A stretch of DNA of 59,937 nucleotides from a virus (Duplodnaviria > Caudoviricetes), in the IMG/VR virus record IMGVR_UViG_3300009512_000015, positions 1 through 59,937 of that record, one strand, 5' to 3'. The position numbers and the translations under genes were made by a program. Shown here in pieces: positions 57,606 through 59,937 of the stretch. The notes beneath the pieces are model-generated. The model was not told where the DNA came from. It made no database searches and saw nothing but the letters and a program-made list of their open reading frames with translations. The number at the start of each line of letters is the position of its first letter. Position 1 is the first letter of the stretch.

Positions 57606-58954
57606 TAAAATGTACTCCTTTGTCGTACCATTGTACCCCCGTGATTCACTGGGTAAAGGAACTCTGTTGAATATCTGACTTCATCGCTCCAGTGTTCATG
57701 GCCGCCTTTCTTATCTATGACCATCATATCACTGTTTCTATCTAGCCAACTCGTTCGCTCCATAGACATTATAGTGTCTTGAGCTCTTGGATGAAAAAAC
57801 ATTGAACTGTTACCAGATGCTGTCAAAAGCTTCCTGTTAACAGCTTGTGCACTGTCAACAATTTTAGGTGAAGCTGTTCTTGCGCAAACAGCAAACCCTG
57901 CATCTCTTAATAAAGATAGATCAGAAGCACCCAGTGTTGCAGATGTTTTAGCTGAATTACCAGTAGGGTCAGGGTAAGTAATTATTCTTTTATCAGGGTA
58001 TTTAGCTTTTACAACTTTAATAAGTTCAGTTGTATTGGGCGAACCTTTGAAATCTTCTATATAGTGTATTTGATCAGCTCTCACTGCAAAAGCGCTAGCT
58101 GCCATAATACCAACGTTAAAGTCAATACCTAGATGAACGTCTTCTCCAACCTGAAAATCAAGAATATCATCTCTAACATGTTTATCTCTGTTAAAATTAT
58201 AAAATACGCTAAAGCCGGAATCTTGAAACTGCGCAAGGTACTCTGAAGCCCATTCAACAGGGTCTATGCGATGCTTAATTTTTTCTATTTCAGCCGGGTC
58301 TAGATACTTAGACTTAGTATAATCATAGTGATACGAACGCCATTCACTGTCATTCTCTGCAAAATGAAACATATTATGTAAAAAGTTATACCCTTTGGGA
58401 GTACTAATAGCAGCGGCTCTTCCTGGACTTGGAGCGCCATAATGTTCAGCCATCATTGGAGACCAACGAGTTCTGATACAAGGCTCTATTATTCTTTCCC
58501 AAGCCACACGCAAGCCAGGCCCTCTATTCCATGAGCTTACTTCATCCATTACAACGAAATAAGCGCCCTTCCCTAGCATCCTTTCAATAGCTTCATAGGA
58601 GACTAGCCGTAAATGAACATTCCCTGGGAACTCAAATGTTCCTCTATCGTGAGAAGACTTAATAGCATAAGCTTCTAGCCCCATGTGATGAGCAAGTAAC
58701 GGAAAATAAATTTCTTTAACCTGATCAAATGTTGGAGCAATAATATAAACATTCTTATTTGGAACCATTGGTGACAGCTCCATCAACTCTCTACAAGCAG
58801 TCCAAGCTGCAACTGCTGCAAAGAAGGACTTGCCCCATCCGCGAGCACAAACACCTACTGCAAATCGTGCTTCTTTAGTAATAAAGAGGTCTTTAAACAT
58901 AGGTGTTTGATATTTATGCAATGTTATTGTAGGCTTTAAGCTAGCATTCATCAT
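57605..58954 (-). CDS. terL: Terminase large subunit
   Basis: Walker A ARGWGKS, IAPT..Q, Walker B VVMDE, ISTPKG, nuclease GIDFN, YPDPTG, HWSDEVRY. Confidence 0.95.
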   Translation of the reverse strand: MMNASLKPTITLHKYQTPMFKDLFITKEARFAVGVCARGWGKSFFAAVAAWTACRELMELSPMVPNKNVYIIAPTFDQVKEIYFPLLAHHMGLEAYAIKSSHDRGTFEFPGNVHLRLVSYEAIERMLGKGAYFVVMDEVSSWNRGPGLRVAWERIIEPCIRTRWSPMMAEHYGAPSPGRAAAISTPKGYNFLHNMFHFAENDSEWRSYHYDYTKSKYLDPAEIEKIKHRIDPVEWASEYLAQFQDSGFSVFYNFNRDKHVRDDILDFQVGEDVHLGIDFNVGIMAASAFAVRADQIHYIEDFKGSPNTTELIKVVKAKYPDKRIITYPDPTGNSAKTSATLGASDLSLLRDAGFAVCARTASPKIVDSAQAVNRKLLTASGNSSMFFHPRAQDTIMSMERTSWLDRNSDMMVIDKKGGHEHWSDEVRYSTEFLYPVNHGGTMVRQRSTF

Positions 58955-59364
58955 TCGGGCAACGTATCTAAGTCATTTTGGCTTGGGTCTTCAAGCGCCA
59001 AAATAAACGGTTGATTAACAGGTGTATCGAAGTTAATACCTTCAGGTACACGACCATACATATAGCGTGTGAGGTCAGTGCCTGTCTTCTGCATTAAACT
59101 AAGAATAGCTGCATGCGCCATTGGAGAATAGCGTCGTTGTTTACCATCGCCATTTAACTGGGCAATAGTGCCTGTTTGCATTCCTTCATGATATTCTGTT
59201 TGAGCTTCAAGCTTTCGATATAGTTCTACTTGTTTAGCTATTGGGTCAAAGCCTAACTCAACAAGCCTACGAACTGACCGGATATTTGACAAATCGTTAT
59301 CATCGTCATCTAAGCTGTTCAGATCAGGCTTAGTTATCTGTAAATAAGATACATTCCCTGTCAT
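58951..59364 (-). CDS. terS: putative terminase small subunit
   Basis: Directly upstream of and overlapping terL; GAGGA RBS; helical protein (LVELGFDPI). Confidence 0.6.
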   Translation of the reverse strand: MTGNVSYLQITKPDLNSLDDDDNDLSNIRSVRRLVELGFDPIAKQVELYRKLEAQTEYHEGMQTGTIAQLNGDGKQRRYSPMAHAAILSLMQKTGTDLTRYMYGRVPEGINFDTPVNQPFILALEDPSQNDLDTLPE

Positions 59365-59808
59365 TAGTGTGTCCTCTGGTTATAACTTTTCTAATACAAC
59401 CGGACTCTCTTGCGAATCAAACCGTATTTCTTCAAGTTAGGATATGTTCTTGCCTCATTGTGGGTTAATTAAACGGCATAAGAAACCCAACAGAATCAAC
59501 AAAGTGTAAACGTGATTATTAAAGCGTCACTATCATTAAAAACTGGTAAAAGATAATTCAAAGAGACGTTAGGTTTGTAAACGCGTGTTGCTTAAGACAA
59601 TCTTAAATGTTTGTATTCAAGCAGCTATTGTAATAGTTTGTTTAAAAACCCCGTTAAATTAGCCCGCGAAAGGATATCTCAAAGGTTGAGAATTCAGGGA
59701 ATTGATTAGTACACATTGTACAATAAAAGTCAATTCCCGCTCTTGGATAAACTCAAGGTTGATTTTTAGATTCTTATTTAAATTTATAATCAAGGGACTC
59801 TTTTAATC

Positions 59809-59917
<109 letters not shown>

Positions 59918-59937
59918 AAATAAAATTATAATTTAAA

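Noticed and set aside
1589-57678. All plus-strand ORFs in the track (e.g. 31018-31803, 42508-43017, 47860-48336)
   Set aside because: They are antisense shadows of well-supported minus-strand genes with no recognisable motifs.

Overview
The window is most of an AT-rich (visually ~37% GC) tailed dsDNA phage genome with siphovirus-type tail genes. Every credible gene is on the minus strand. In transcription order (right to left): terminase small and large subunits; a fibre/appendage cluster placed between terminase and portal; portal; a 1539-aa protein fusing a MuF (SPP1 gp7-like) head domain to a complete T7-type single-subunit RNA polymerase; scaffold and major capsid; head-tail joining, tail tube and chaperones (with a -1 frameshift site); tape measure (broken by a 1-nt frameshift); tail tip; holin and M15 endolysin; small early-type genes around a ~410-nt GC-rich structured non-coding element; a second stand-alone T7-type RNA polymerase; and a T7-like replication module (SSB, DUF3310, PolA, MazG-like, 5'-3' exonuclease, primase-helicase, class II RNR, ligase, nucleotidyltransferase, DEDD exonuclease cut by the left edge). 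No integrase, repressor, tRNA or CRISPR array was recognised. The main points of interest are the two-RNA-polymerase system with a probably virion-packaged MuF-RNAP fusion, the three-unit structured RNA candidate at 19.9-20.3 kb, and a PolA with substitutions at two normally invariant active-site residues. All calls come from reading motifs by eye; no database searches were run.
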